From assembly GCA_963662795.1 (NCBI GenBank), contig OY759746.1, positions 2,048,001 through 2,112,000 on the forward strand: a stretch of DNA of 64,000 nt, in the 5' to 3' direction. The stretch is from Spirochaetia bacterium. GTDB taxonomy: Bacteria > Spirochaetota > Spirochaetia > CADAEX01. Positions within the stretch are counted from its first letter, which is position 1, and each line of letters begins with the position of its first letter. A program made the position numbers and the translations under genes. The notes under the pieces are model-generated. The model was not told the DNA's origin. It worked only from the letters and a program-made list of their open reading frames with translations, and ran no database searches. Positions 52,981-63,253 of the stretch are shown one piece after another.

Positions 52981-53375
52981 CCAAGATATTACTTGATACA
53001 AATGCTTATAGTGAGTTTATGTCCGGAAACAAGTTGGTATTTGAATATATTATAGAAGCAGAAATAATCTATGTATCAACCATAATGATCGGAGAACTGT
53101 TTGCAGGTTTTCAGGGCGGGAGAAAATATACAGAAAATAAAGAAGATTTTAAGAAATTCATCAGCAAAGATGGAATAAAAATATTGAATGTTACAATTGA
53201 AACATCAGAAATATTTGGAGAAATCAAGGCGGAACTAAGTAAAAAAGGAAAAATGATACCATTAAATGATATTTGGATTGCTGCTCATACAATAGAAACA
53301 GGTTCAAAATTAATCACATATGATTCACACTTTAAACAGATAAATGCTTTAAGAATTTGGGAAGAATATAAATAG
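52977..53375 (+). CDS. vapC: PIN-domain toxin VapC
   Basis: LLDTNAY, IPLNDIWIAA and TYDSHF motifs. Confidence 0.9.
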   Translation: MTKILLDTNAYSEFMSGNKLVFEYIIEAEIIYVSTIMIGELFAGFQGGRKYTENKEDFKKFISKDGIKILNVTIETSEIFGEIKAELSKKGKMIPLNDIWIAAHTIETGSKLITYDSHFKQINALRIWEEYK

Positions 53376-53454
53376 GGAAATTGTCCAATTACTGCTTCAA
53401 TAGAGTCAACACTTTGCTTTTTATAGGTTAAGAAAGTATTAAAAAGAAAAGGAA

Positions 53455-53729
53455 GTCCAGACCTTGGCTCCGCCCTAACGGCCTGGACAAGACGCGAAGG
53501 TACTGCAAATAACAGAGGATAATTCGCTACGCTCGGAGTACCTCGCTTGGCCTTCGGCATATTTTGCTATCATTAAAACAGTTCATATTATGTTTTTACT
53601 CTATTTAAATATATTTCTTAAAAACTATCCTGTTGAAAAAGGTTTTAGCAAAACATCGCTTATCCTCAGGACGTTATTTGCAATACCTTCGCGAAGAGAA
53701 AATCGCCCGGGCCCCTGGCCGACGGGCGA
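53455..53729 (+). repeat. Long attC-like composite site, core family II
   Basis: AAC 53511-53513, GTT 53673-53675. Confidence 0.86.
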
Positions 53730-53915
53730 GGAATACAGTGTAAAGGATTAGAGAATGTTTGAAATCAGGAAGTTTTATAAAGAAAAAGATCTTAATGATT
53801 TACTATTTGTAATTCAGGAATCATTTTTAACTGTCGCTAAAGATTTTAATCTGACAAAAGAAAATGCTCCAACAAATCCGGCATTTATAACAATGGATAA
53901 ATTAAAAGAATCAAT

Positions 53916-54946
53916 TGATGGCCAGAAATTCCTAGCGCAATAAACTAATATTGTGACAGGAGTTTTAAGTGAGTTACAAAAGAATGAATCTCAATGAAAG
54001 AATGGCCATTTTTCAGATGATTTACACCAAAAGATTAAAGCTATCACAAATAGCAAGTAATCTTGGCCGAAGAGCTTCAAGTATTACAAGAGAAATAAAA
54101 CGCGGTACTGATGAAGGATATTACAATCCTTTAATTGCAGAGTATGAGCATTTAAGGCAAAGAAAAAATCAGAGCCCCAAATTAAAAATAGACAACAAGT
54201 CATGGCAGCTTATAAAACCCAAACTCCAACTCCGGTGGTCCCCACAGCAAATTGCCAAATGGCTGGAAATAAATTATCCTTCAGATAAAGTGAGTGATAA
54301 AACAATTTATAACTATGTCCATTTCCACATGAGGGGAGAGCTTAAAAAACTAGCGCTTAAAGATTTAAGGCTCAAGGGAAAGAAAAGAAAGAGTGCAAAT
54401 AAGGACGAAAAACGGGGTAAATTAAAAGATATTACCCTTATAGACGAAAGGCCTGCTGAAATTAACTCACGGAAAGTTCCAGGACACTGGGAAGGAGATC
54501 TTCTCATTGGAAAGGACCATAAATCAGCAATCTGCGTAATAGTTGAACGTAAAACTAGGTTTATCCAGCTTGATCTGTTAAAAACATATGATGCAAATAC
54601 AGTAAGAAAAACAATAGAGAAAAGGTTTAAGAAGATATCTCCTCTTCTAAGAAAATCTCTGACTCTTGATCAGGGTAAAGAGAACAGTGAGTTCAAAAAA
54701 CTCAAAGAAAATCTTAATATTGATGTATACTTTTGCCATCCGGCATCTCCCTGGGAAAAGGGAACATGTGAAAACACAAATGGCTTGATTCGTGATATGC
54801 TTGATGAAGTAGATGATTTCAGAAAGCTTTCGCAGTATGATGTATCACGAGTAGCAAGGCTATTGAATGAGAGGCCAAGAAAAACTCTTGACTTCATAAC
54901 ACCTAAAGAAGCTATTGCCAATTTGCGCTAGGAATTTCTGTGCACA
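53916..54946 (+). mobile_element. IS30-family insertion sequence
   Basis: IR core CAGAAATTCCTAGCGCAAAT at both ends; TG...CA termini; 2-bp AT duplication. Confidence 0.88.
53969..54931 (+). CDS. IS30-family transposase
   Basis: GHWEGDL, TLDQGKE, PASPWEKGTCENTNGLIR and LNERPRK motifs. Confidence 0.93.
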   Translation: MSYKRMNLNERMAIFQMIYTKRLKLSQIASNLGRRASSITREIKRGTDEGYYNPLIAEYEHLRQRKNQSPKLKIDNKSWQLIKPKLQLRWSPQQIAKWLEINYPSDKVSDKTIYNYVHFHMRGELKKLALKDLRLKGKKRKSANKDEKRGKLKDITLIDERPAEINSRKVPGHWEGDLLIGKDHKSAICVIVERKTRFIQLDLLKTYDANTVRKTIEKRFKKISPLLRKSLTLDQGKENSEFKKLKENLNIDVYFCHPASPWEKGTCENTNGLIRDMLDEVDDFRKLSQYDVSRVARLLNERPRKTLDFITPKEAIANLR

Positions 54947-55294
54947 ATTAAAAATAATTTAGATTTTTATATTTTAGCAGAAAGCAATAGAATAATAGGC
55001 TGCATAGGAATACAACCAGGAAAAAAAAGAAAAAGAATATTATATTGAGAGATTGGTAGTTCTTCCTGAATATAGACATTTTGGATATGGCAAAAAGCTA
55101 CTTGATAAAGCATTTAATGAGATAAGAGAAAGAAAAGCAAGATATGTAAGTATAGGTATAATTAATGAAAATACAGTATTAAAAAGATGGTATCTTCAAA
55201 ATGGATTCATAGAATACGAAACGAAAAAATATGATCATCTACCTTTTACAGTGTGTTTGCTGGGTATGGATTTAGAAAAAGAAAAGAAATATAA

Positions 55295-55684
55295 ATGAAG
55301 ATTGCAGAAAAACTAAAAGAAAAATCTAAAAAAATAAAAACCCAGCTTTTAACAGTTTATTATGCATATAAAAATCCGGAAATAAAGCTTTTGCCGAGAA
55401 TTATTATTGGGATTGCGATAGCTTATGCATTAAGTCCAATAGATATAATTCCAGATTTTATTCCTGTAATAGGGTATTTAGATGATTTAATAATAATTCC
55501 TGCATTACTTAGTTTAGCAATAAAAATGATTCCAAAAGAAATAATGGAAGAATCAAGGAAAAGAGCAGAGGATGGATCAATAAAACTAAAACATAATTGG
55601 ACGCTCGCAGTAATATTTATTTTAATATGGATTTATTTGATAGTTATAATTACTAAAATATTGCTAAAATTTATAAATCGTTAA
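55295..55684 (+). CDS. YkvA/DUF1232-family membrane protein
   Basis: YALSPIDIIPDFIPVIGYLDD motif. Confidence 0.9.
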   Translation: MKIAEKLKEKSKKIKTQLLTVYYAYKNPEIKLLPRIIIGIAIAYALSPIDIIPDFIPVIGYLDDLIIIPALLSLAIKMIPKEIMEESRKRAEDGSIKLKHNWTLAVIFILIWIYLIVIITKILLKFINR

Positions 55685-55700
55685 TAAGAAAGGATAAAAA

Positions 55701-55994
55701 GTCCAGACCTTGCCTCCGGCCTATCGGTCAGGACAAGACGCGAAGGTACTGCAAATAACAGCGATTATTTCGCTGCGCTCCCGATGGTCGCTTGGGCTCC
55801 TGCCAGATGAGCTGGCAGATCGCCATATTTTGTTTTAATAAAACTGGAACAACATGTATTCTATGCTTTTTAAGTTTGAAAAAATTTAAATAAAAGTATT
55901 TTAGAGTTTAGCCACAAAACATCGCATAATCGCGAGACGTTATAAGCAATGTTCCCGCAAGAGGAAATCGCCCGGACCTCCGGCCGACGGGCGA
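55701..55994 (+). repeat. Long attC-like composite site, core family III
   Basis: AAC 55757-55759, GTT 55939-55941. Confidence 0.86.
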
Positions 55995-56095
55995 GGAAAT
56001 AAAAATTGCTGTATGATATAATTTATGTACGAGATAAATAATTTTCTTATCATCTTATTGTACTACTGACGCCTTCGGCGTAAAAGAGATAAAAA

Positions 56096-57034
56096 ATGAA
56101 TATTAAATTAAGTGAAAAATTCCATAGGGTTATAATTTCATCTCCAAACTTGTTAACTAAGAAGTATAAATACAAAAATGTCTTTCAATTACTACCACCA
56201 AATAAAAAATGGTATAGAACAGATTTTGTTCAAATTAATTATCCGTTAATATTAGAATTTAATAGCTCTTTTCAAAGAGAATATAATTATAAAAATGAAG
56301 TAAATACAAAGAAAAAAGCTGCTCTTGATTTAATTAATGAGTTTGATACTAGTACATTTAACTTTAAAAAAGAGTTGATCTATTTATTGACAGTATTTAG
56401 TTTTTGCTTTTTTCAGGATAATATCAATCTTGGCAAACATAATCGCGCTTGGTATGGGGAAAAATATTTTATTTCTGATTTTCAAACGCGAAACATTGAT
56501 CAAGTAACCAAAGATGAAATTTATAAGTGTTTTGACGAAAACAAACTGATGGGTTATGAAATTAAATTTCCAATGATTATTGGAGATTTGTTGGATCAAT
56601 ATTTTCTGTTTTCTGGTGAAATACTAGATGTTACTCGTAGAGCAATATTATTGTTCTATAAGTCATTTGAAATAGCACCCTATTCATATAGTATGAGCCT
56701 TGTATCAATGATTTCTGCTATTGAGGCGATTATTCGATTTGAAAATAGTGATATTGAAAATGAAATTTGTAAAGAATGTAAAAATATCAAATATAGAATT
56801 ACAAAACAGTTTAATGATTTCCTAATTAAATATTCAGGTGAAAACAATAAAAGGAAAAAAAAGAAATATATTAACTATCTATATGATTTGCGTAGTAAAG
56901 TTGTACATAATGGGTTTTTGTTTTATACCGATTACTCATTTGATTCAGAAGATAATCTTCTTGATATTAGACTAGAAAACATAAGGTATTTTTTAATACA
57001 TTGTTTTATGAATTGGATTATCTTAAAAGAATAG
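56096..57034 (+). CDS. HEPN (ApeA-like) domain protein
   Basis: ISAIEAI, CKEC and LYDLRSKVVHNG (Rx4H). Confidence 0.7.
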   Translation: MNIKLSEKFHRVIISSPNLLTKKYKYKNVFQLLPPNKKWYRTDFVQINYPLILEFNSSFQREYNYKNEVNTKKKAALDLINEFDTSTFNFKKELIYLLTVFSFCFFQDNINLGKHNRAWYGEKYFISDFQTRNIDQVTKDEIYKCFDENKLMGYEIKFPMIIGDLLDQYFLFSGEILDVTRRAILLFYKSFEIAPYSYSMSLVSMISAIEAIIRFENSDIENEICKECKNIKYRITKQFNDFLIKYSGENNKRKKKKYINYLYDLRSKVVHNGFLFYTDYSFDSEDNLLDIRLENIRYFLIHCFMNWIILKE

Positions 57035-57079
57035 TCGAACAACTTGTACAGGTAGAGTAATTGTCTGACAATTAAAGAA

Positions 57080-57334
57080 GTCCGGCCTTGGCTCCGCCGT
57101 ACGGCCTGGACAAGAAGCGGGAACACTGCTTATAACAGCGAATGGCCGGTTTCGGCTGTTTCTGAAAAAACCAGCCTCAACCCAAATTGCCGGAATAAAT
57201 AGTGGTACAGATTGATGAATACAAAATAAGCTTAAAGGGTAACAAATAACAACGGCAACTTCGGTCATTCGCGGGACGTTATAGGCAATACCTCCGCGAA
57301 GAGAAGATCGCCCGGACCTCCGGTCAACGGGCGA
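57080..57334 (+). repeat. Long attC-like composite site, core family IV variant
   Basis: AAC 57134-57136, GTT 57278-57280. Confidence 0.88.
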
Positions 57335-57388
57335 GGAAGTATCTTTTTATGATAACTGATAATTGATAATGTAAATAAAGATAATATT

Positions 57389-58090
57389 ATGACAAGAACA
57401 GAAAGACTTTTAGAAATCATAGAAATATTAAGGCGAAGCAAATTTGCTGTGACTGCAAATGAACTTTCCAAAAGATTTGAAATAAGCATTAGATCAATAT
57501 ACCGTGATATTTCAATATTGCAGTCACAAGGTGTTCCAATTGAAGGTGGAACTGGTGTAGGTTATATATTACGTAAAGGATATACCTTACCACCATTAAT
57601 GTTTACTATTGATGAAATAGAGGCACTTATCCTTGGCATAAAATGGGTCTCAGTTTCAACAGATGAAAGCTTATCAATGGCTTCAAAAAACGCCTTAATG
57701 AAAATTAGTACTGTTATCCCTAAAGCTTTAAAAAGTAAATATACAACTACCAGTATTTTAATTAATAATAGATATAAGCCAGTAATTGATAATCAACTAA
57801 TTACTATTATCCGTACTGCAATTAAAGAAAACTGGAAGATACAAATTCAATATAAAAATCACCAAGCTATACAAAGTATTCGTACCATTTGGCCAATTGC
57901 AATCGGGTTTTTTGAAAATGCTCAAATAATAGCTGGTTGGTGTGAAAAAAGATCGGCTTTTAGGCATTTTAGAACAGATAGAATTATCAAATGTGTATTA
58001 ATAAAAGAAAAATATCCCATACCTCAAAAAATGCTATTTGCAAAGTGGAAAGAAAGCGAAAAAATAATACTCGATGATATTGAAATATAA
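57389..58090 (+). CDS. YafY-like HTH-WYL transcriptional regulator
   Basis: RSIYRDI HTH, LPPLMFT and WCEKRSAFRHFRTDRI motifs. Confidence 0.9.
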   Translation: MTRTERLLEIIEILRRSKFAVTANELSKRFEISIRSIYRDISILQSQGVPIEGGTGVGYILRKGYTLPPLMFTIDEIEALILGIKWVSVSTDESLSMASKNALMKISTVIPKALKSKYTTTSILINNRYKPVIDNQLITIIRTAIKENWKIQIQYKNHQAIQSIRTIWPIAIGFFENAQIIAGWCEKRSAFRHFRTDRIIKCVLIKEKYPIPQKMLFAKWKESEKIILDDIEI

Positions 58091-58178
58091 TGGTTACTGA
58101 CAAAAACTGACATGTTTCCTTGTTAATATTAATATTAAACAGAGTTGTGTATAAAATATTAGTAAAAGGAGCAGTGCT

Positions 58179-59138
58179 ATGAACAAAATGAAAGCATCAG
58201 TAATCAGAAGATTTGGAGGAGAGAATGAATTAGTAATTGATTATTTACCTATACCAATCATTGATGATAATCAAGTGCTTATTAAATTAGAGTATGCTGG
58301 AGTAGGGGCATGGGACATTTTTGAGCGAGAAGGTGGATATTCAAAAATGCTTGGAATTATACCATCATTCCCTTATATTTTGGGTTCTGAAGGAGCTGGG
58401 ACTGTCATAGAAGTTGGAAAAAATGTGACTAGATTTAAAACCGAAGATAAAGTTTCAGCCGCAGGATTTCTTAATCCCAAAGGTGGTTTTTATGCGGAAT
58501 ATGTTGCAGTAGATGAAGAAGTAGTTTCAAGAATTCCCATTGGTTATAACTTTTGTGAGGCAAGTGTTATATTGGGAGTAGGAATAACTGCATTAAGAGG
58601 ATTAACTGATGTTTTAAAAATAAAAGCAAATGAAAATATTTGTATAGTTGGAGCAAGTGGTGGGATAGGACACATAGCAGTTCAACTAGCAAAAGGTATG
58701 GGTGCAAATATCTGTGCGATTGTGTCCGGAAATGATGGAATTGAATTAGTAAAAAAATACGGTATTGAAATAATTATTGAAAGACAAGAGAGCGATTTAA
58801 TTAATAAAATAAAAAAAATGGGATTTAAATATTTTGATAAAATTCTGCTAACTGCTGGTGGTAATGTGTCTGATAAAATATGTCAAATGGTAGAACCCGG
58901 TGGGTTGGTAGGTTTTCCATCAGGAGTATTTCCAGAACCACAAGAAGGAAAAGATATAATTATTGAAAAATACAATGGAGAACCAGATAGAGATATAATT
59001 AATAGAATAATAAAATTGGTAGAAAAAAATCAAATAAAACCAAATATTCATCGTATTTTTCAATTAAATGAAGCATCGACAGCACATCAATTTATAAAAA
59101 ATCATTACTTGGGAAAAATTGCATTGAAAATATATTGA
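58179..59138 (+). CDS. NADP-dependent oxidoreductase (MDR/quinone reductase family)
   Basis: LGSEGAGTV, GFYAEY and GASGGIG motifs. Confidence 0.88.
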   Translation: MNKMKASVIRRFGGENELVIDYLPIPIIDDNQVLIKLEYAGVGAWDIFEREGGYSKMLGIIPSFPYILGSEGAGTVIEVGKNVTRFKTEDKVSAAGFLNPKGGFYAEYVAVDEEVVSRIPIGYNFCEASVILGVGITALRGLTDVLKIKANENICIVGASGGIGHIAVQLAKGMGANICAIVSGNDGIELVKKYGIEIIIERQESDLINKIKKMGFKYFDKILLTAGGNVSDKICQMVEPGGLVGFPSGVFPEPQEGKDIIIEKYNGEPDRDIINRIIKLVEKNQIKPNIHRIFQLNEASTAHQFIKNHYLGKIALKIY

Positions 59139-59190
59139 TTTTTTTAAAAATAAAAAATAGCTATCAATTAAATTCAATTGTTTAAAGAAA

Positions 59191-59467
59191 GTTCAGCCCT
59201 TGGCGTTGCCGTGCGGGCTGAACAAGACGCGGAGGTACTGCCTATAACAGCGAATGACCGGTTCCGGCTGTTTCTAAGGAAACAGCCTCCACCCAAATTG
59301 CCGAAATAATACATGTTAAGAATAATGGAATAGAGTATAAACTTTTGGAGTGAAAAACACCATCGGCAACTTCGGTCATTCGCGAGACGTTATACGAAAA
59401 ATCGCGCCAAGAGGCTATAATTTCGCCCCTAGGAAACAGGGGAAAAGCCCGGCGTCCTGCCGGGCTT
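59191..59467 (+). repeat. Long attC-like composite site, core family IV
   Basis: AAC 59246-59248, GTT 59389-59391. Confidence 0.86.
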
Positions 59468-59562
59468 AAGAAATGATTTTACAGATATTACACATTAAAA
59501 GTATTGAAAAAATAATAAAAAGTGTGTATAATAAAAGAAAGTAATACACATGGAGAAGAAAT

Positions 59563-59757
59563 ATGCGTACAAATATTGTAATTGATGACATTTTAATGAA
59601 TGAAGCTATAGCATTATCTGGAAATAAAACAAAGAAAGAAACAGTAGAAGAAGCTTTGAAAATATTGATTCAATTTAAGAATCAATCATCAATAAGATCA
59701 TTTAGGGGAAAATTAAAATGGGAAGGTGATCTTGAGAAAATGAGAAAAGACACATGA
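59563..59757 (+). CDS. vapB: VapB antitoxin
   Basis: MRTNIVIDD..RGKLKWEGDL motif. Confidence 0.88.
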   Translation: MRTNIVIDDILMNEAIALSGNKTKKETVEEALKILIQFKNQSSIRSFRGKLKWEGDLEKMRKDT

Positions 59758-60146
59758 TTGTAGCAGATACATCTGTATGGATTGATTATTTCAATGGAGT
59801 CATTGCAGAACATACAGATAGACTTGATTCGGACTTGGAATCGAATAGAATAATCATTGGAGATTTGATAATTGCAGAATTGCTACAGGGTTTTAAAACA
59901 GATAAAGAATATAATTCTGCAAAGAAATTGATTGAAAACCTGGAGTATAGAGATTTTATAGGGAAGGAAATAGCAATAAAAACAGCAGATAATTATAGGT
60001 ATCTTAGGAAAAAAGGGATAACAGTAAGAAAAACAATAGATGTAATAATAGCTACGTTTTGTATAGAGAATAATTATCAGCTTATTCATAATGATAGAGA
60101 TTTTGATGCATTGGAGAAGTATCTAGGTCTTAAAGTAAGAAAATAA
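59754..60146 (+). CDS. vapC: PIN-domain toxin VapC
   Basis: DTSVWIDYF, RKTIDVIIATFC and HNDRDF motifs. Confidence 0.9.
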   Translation: MIVADTSVWIDYFNGVIAEHTDRLDSDLESNRIIIGDLIIAELLQGFKTDKEYNSAKKLIENLEYRDFIGKEIAIKTADNYRYLRKKGITVRKTIDVIIATFCIENNYQLIHNDRDFDALEKYLGLKVRK

Positions 60147-60196
60147 AAAAGAAAAAAATATTAATAATATTTAACTAAAGATACCTTGAAAAGACC

Positions 60197-60466
60197 CACT
60201 TTCGCACGTCCTGTGCTCAAGCGAAGAGGGGCGAAATTAGGAGGAAGACGGCGCGGTTCATCGTATAACAGCGAATGGCCGGTTTCGGCTGTTTCTGAAG
60301 AAACCAGCCTCAACCCAAATTGCCGGAATAAATAGTGGTACAAATTGATGATTACAAAATAAGCTTGAAGGGTAACAAATAACAGCGGCAACTTCGGTCA
60401 TTCGCGGGACGTTATAAGCAATGTTCCCGCAAGAGGAGATCGCCCGGACCTCCGGCCGACGGGCGA
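60197..60466 (+). repeat. Long attC-like composite site, core family IV variant
   Basis: AAC 60267-60269, GTT 60411-60413. Confidence 0.86.
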
Positions 60467-60562
60467 GGACATGCAATTTAATGATTATAATTTTAAATAT
60501 AAAACACTACAAATAAAAATAGTTAATAATGAATATTTTATCGCAAATGTATTGAGATAATC

Positions 60563-61792
60563 ATGAATGACATTAAGTACAAGTATGCTTTAGATGAACA
60601 AAATAATGTAATATCAATATCAAGTATTAATGCAGTTAATTTTAAAAATAATTATATTTGCCCTTCGTGTAATAAAAAGCTAAGGCCCAGAATAGGGAAT
60701 ATTAGAGTACATCATTTTTATCATCCACATAAAAATGATGTATATTCCTGTAGTATTGAAAGTTACTTACATACGATTTCCAAAAAACTACTTTATGAAA
60801 AATTAATAAAATTATTTAATGAAAAAAAATCATATATTGTAAATATTTATAATAAAATTATTGTTTTTGACACAAGCGGCAAAGTTATTAAAACAGAAAT
60901 TAGTAAGGAAAAATCACCTTATGATATTTTAAATAATTCTGTAAAAATATATTTAGAAAAAGTAATTGGAGAATACAAGCCTGATATATTGATTGAATAT
61001 GTAAATATAGAACCACTTTTTCTTGAGATAAAAGTCACGCATAAAAGTTCGATCAAAAAGATAATTAATAATAGAATTATAGAAATAAATATAACTGAAG
61101 AAGCAGATATAAGACGAATACTTAACCACTTAGATGAAAATAAAGACGAATTAATAAATTTTGATAAATATCGTAAAATAATTGAAAAATATATTAGTAC
61201 TGTTTCTGAAATACCTAAGCAAAATGTTACTGAAGAAATAAAAAAGCAAGTAATTAAAATTGAGAGAAAAATCACTTATTCTGAAAAAAAAGAAATATTA
61301 ACTAAAATATGTGAGGATTTTAATAAACATGCTTTAGTACTGTCTGTAAAGTATGTTTTTGATAAAATACTTGGCGGGAATTACAGAGAACGTATTACAA
61401 CAATATTTTTAAGCGATTTTTATAGCAGTATAAAAATTATTGAAAAAGATGCAATATACTGTGAATTAGCAAATATCGATAATAAGAAATTAATTATTGG
61501 TTTTAGTGATTTAAATAAAGAAGTATATAAGAATAATTTATATGTAATACTATATGAAAAAAATACTTTTTATCAAATACTAGATAGTGTAAATGTTATG
61601 AAAAATAATGTTGTTATTGATTTTAACAATTTTAATGATAATTACATTTTTAAAATATCATGCTTTATGCCTAAAGGGCATTATTCATCAATAATTAAAG
61701 AGTTCAAGTATAGTGAATTTATAAAACTTATAAACAAAAATGAAATAGAATTAATAAATATTGAATGCATACGCAAACTACAAAATATATAA
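60563..61792 (+). CDS. CoiA-like Zn-finger / nuclease-domain protein
   Basis: YICPSC..HFYH, ESYLH, KPDIL and LEIKVTH motifs. Confidence 0.7.
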   Translation: MNDIKYKYALDEQNNVISISSINAVNFKNNYICPSCNKKLRPRIGNIRVHHFYHPHKNDVYSCSIESYLHTISKKLLYEKLIKLFNEKKSYIVNIYNKIIVFDTSGKVIKTEISKEKSPYDILNNSVKIYLEKVIGEYKPDILIEYVNIEPLFLEIKVTHKSSIKKIINNRIIEINITEEADIRRILNHLDENKDELINFDKYRKIIEKYISTVSEIPKQNVTEEIKKQVIKIERKITYSEKKEILTKICEDFNKHALVLSVKYVFDKILGGNYRERITTIFLSDFYSSIKIIEKDAIYCELANIDNKKLIIGFSDLNKEVYKNNLYVILYEKNTFYQILDSVNVMKNNVVIDFNNFNDNYIFKISCFMPKGHYSSIIKEFKYSEFIKLINKNEIELINIECIRKLQNI

Positions 61793-61832
61793 AAGGTTAT
61801 ATAGAGCGAGTAATTACTTGATAGTAGTTGGA

Positions 61833-62087
61833 GTCCAGCCTTGGCTTCCAGCCGTGCGGCCTGGACAAGAAGCGGGAACACAGCTTATAACAGCGAATGG
61901 CCGGTTCCGGCTGTTTCTAAGGAAGCAGCCTCCACCCAAATTGCCGAAATAATAAATGTTAAGAATAATGGAATAGAGTATAAACTTTTGAAGTAAAAGA
62001 CACCATCGGCAACTTCGGTCATTAGCGGGACGTTATCCACAATATCATCGCAAGAGGAAATCGCCCGGACCTCCGGCCAACGGGCGA
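61833..62087 (+). repeat. Long attC-like composite site, core family IV
   Basis: AAC 61889-61891, GTT 62032-62034. Confidence 0.88.
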
Positions 62088-62088
62088 A

Positions 62089-62161
62089 GAAAATAGAATC
62101 TGCTGTATATTATACTTTAGACATAACATATATAGTTTACTAGTTATTTAATATATTAGGT
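62089..62161 (+). other. Conserved internal leader ending in attI-like crossover (carrier cassette 5; G mutated to A)
   Basis: TAGTTATTTAATAT-ATTAGGT at 62155. Confidence 0.6.
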
Positions 62162-62189
62162 TCACTTAAAATAAATAAAGCTGGTGGTT

Positions 62190-63179
62190 ATGAAAGCGAG
62201 ATATCAACAGGTATTAGATAAAAGTAAAGCGGCATTATTATCCGCAATTGAGCTTTATAATAAGCCACAGTATCTATATCGTGAAGAATCTTTTGCAATA
62301 TTATGTATAAATGCATATGAATTACTTTTTAAAGCAAAATGGCTTCATCTTCATAATAATAAATTAAACAGCCTATATACTTATGAATATAGAATTACAA
62401 AGAGTGGAAAAAAGTCAAAGAAAAAAACAATAAAAACAACAAGAAGCAATAATCCATTAACCCGCGAAATTAGTTATCTAGCAAATAAACTAATCGAACA
62501 GAAATTTTTAAATGGTATATTATGGGCTAATGTTCAATTACTTTTAGAAATTAGAGATTGTTCAATTCATTATTACAATAAAAATAATGCTTTATTACTA
62601 AAATTACATCAGGTTGCTTTAGCTTCAGTTAAAAATTTTGGAATTTTATTAAGAAACTGGTTTCCTGATGAATTGTCTGATTTTTCTACATCAATATTGC
62701 CAATTGCAATTATGGATAATGTACAGGAGAGTGATATTATTAGTTTAGAAAAAGATGAAGTACAAATAATACAGTTTATCCAAGCATATGAAGAAACCTT
62801 CAATGATGAAGAATCAGAATTTTCAATTTCACTTTCATTATCGTTAAACCTAAAAAAAGCAAAACCTGGTGAAGCCGTGATAGTAAGAATTGGAAATACA
62901 TCAGATATTAAATTACCAACAGTTAGGCTTTCAGATGAGCAAATTAGAGAGAGATATCCAATAACATATAATGAATTGAGTCGGAAATTAAGGTTAAGAT
63001 ATAGTGATTTTAAAATGGACTCTAAGTATCATGAATTGAGAAAGGCAATAACCAATAATAAAAAGTATTGTTATATTAGAGAGCTAGATCCAGGAAATGA
63101 AAAAACTCAAAAAAAACAATTCTATAGTAATGCAATAATTGAATATTTTGACCAAAATTATGAAAAAAAAGGAATCTAA
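62190..63179 (+). CDS. DUF3644-domain protein (nested cargo)
   Basis: LLSAIELYNKP..YREESF..NAYELLFKA and EIRDCSIH motifs. Confidence 0.78.
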   Translation: MKARYQQVLDKSKAALLSAIELYNKPQYLYREESFAILCINAYELLFKAKWLHLHNNKLNSLYTYEYRITKSGKKSKKKTIKTTRSNNPLTREISYLANKLIEQKFLNGILWANVQLLLEIRDCSIHYYNKNNALLLKLHQVALASVKNFGILLRNWFPDELSDFSTSILPIAIMDNVQESDIISLEKDEVQIIQFIQAYEETFNDEESEFSISLSLSLNLKKAKPGEAVIVRIGNTSDIKLPTVRLSDEQIRERYPITYNELSRKLRLRYSDFKMDSKYHELRKAITNNKKYCYIRELDPGNEKTQKKQFYSNAIIEYFDQNYEKKGI

Positions 63180-63229
63180 TAACCTTTCACTGCGTTTGGG
63201 CGCAATTACAGGTTAAGCGAATGTTAAAA
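63174..63229 (+). repeat. Degenerate short attC site
   Basis: ATCTAAT...CAGGTTAA-gcgaat-GTTAAAA; 3' half resembles the sites at 14612 and 45811. Confidence 0.6.
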
Positions 63230-63253
63230 AAAATAAAAATAGAAACGGGGGAA

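Larger units (their letters stand above)
53755..55298 (+). pseudogene. GNAT acetyltransferase interrupted by IS30
   Basis: N-part SFLTVAKDFNLTKENAPTNPAF; C-part VLPEYRHFGYGKKL; an extra A in the run at 55021 also shifts the frame. Confidence 0.75.

Noticed and set aside
58095-58112. ACTGACA direct repeat between the WYL regulator and the oxidoreductase as an operator
   Set aside because: Plausible but too short to support from sequence alone
118-61952. Many 60-140 aa ORFs overlapping the long repeats (e.g. 118-312, 1412-1717, 9943-10182, 16469-16891, 50807-51209)
   Set aside because: They are by-products of GC-rich palindromic repeats, with inconsistent frames and lengths between copies
538-62803. 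Short antisense ORFs inside long genes and transposases
   Set aside because: Shadow ORFs with no recognisable motifs
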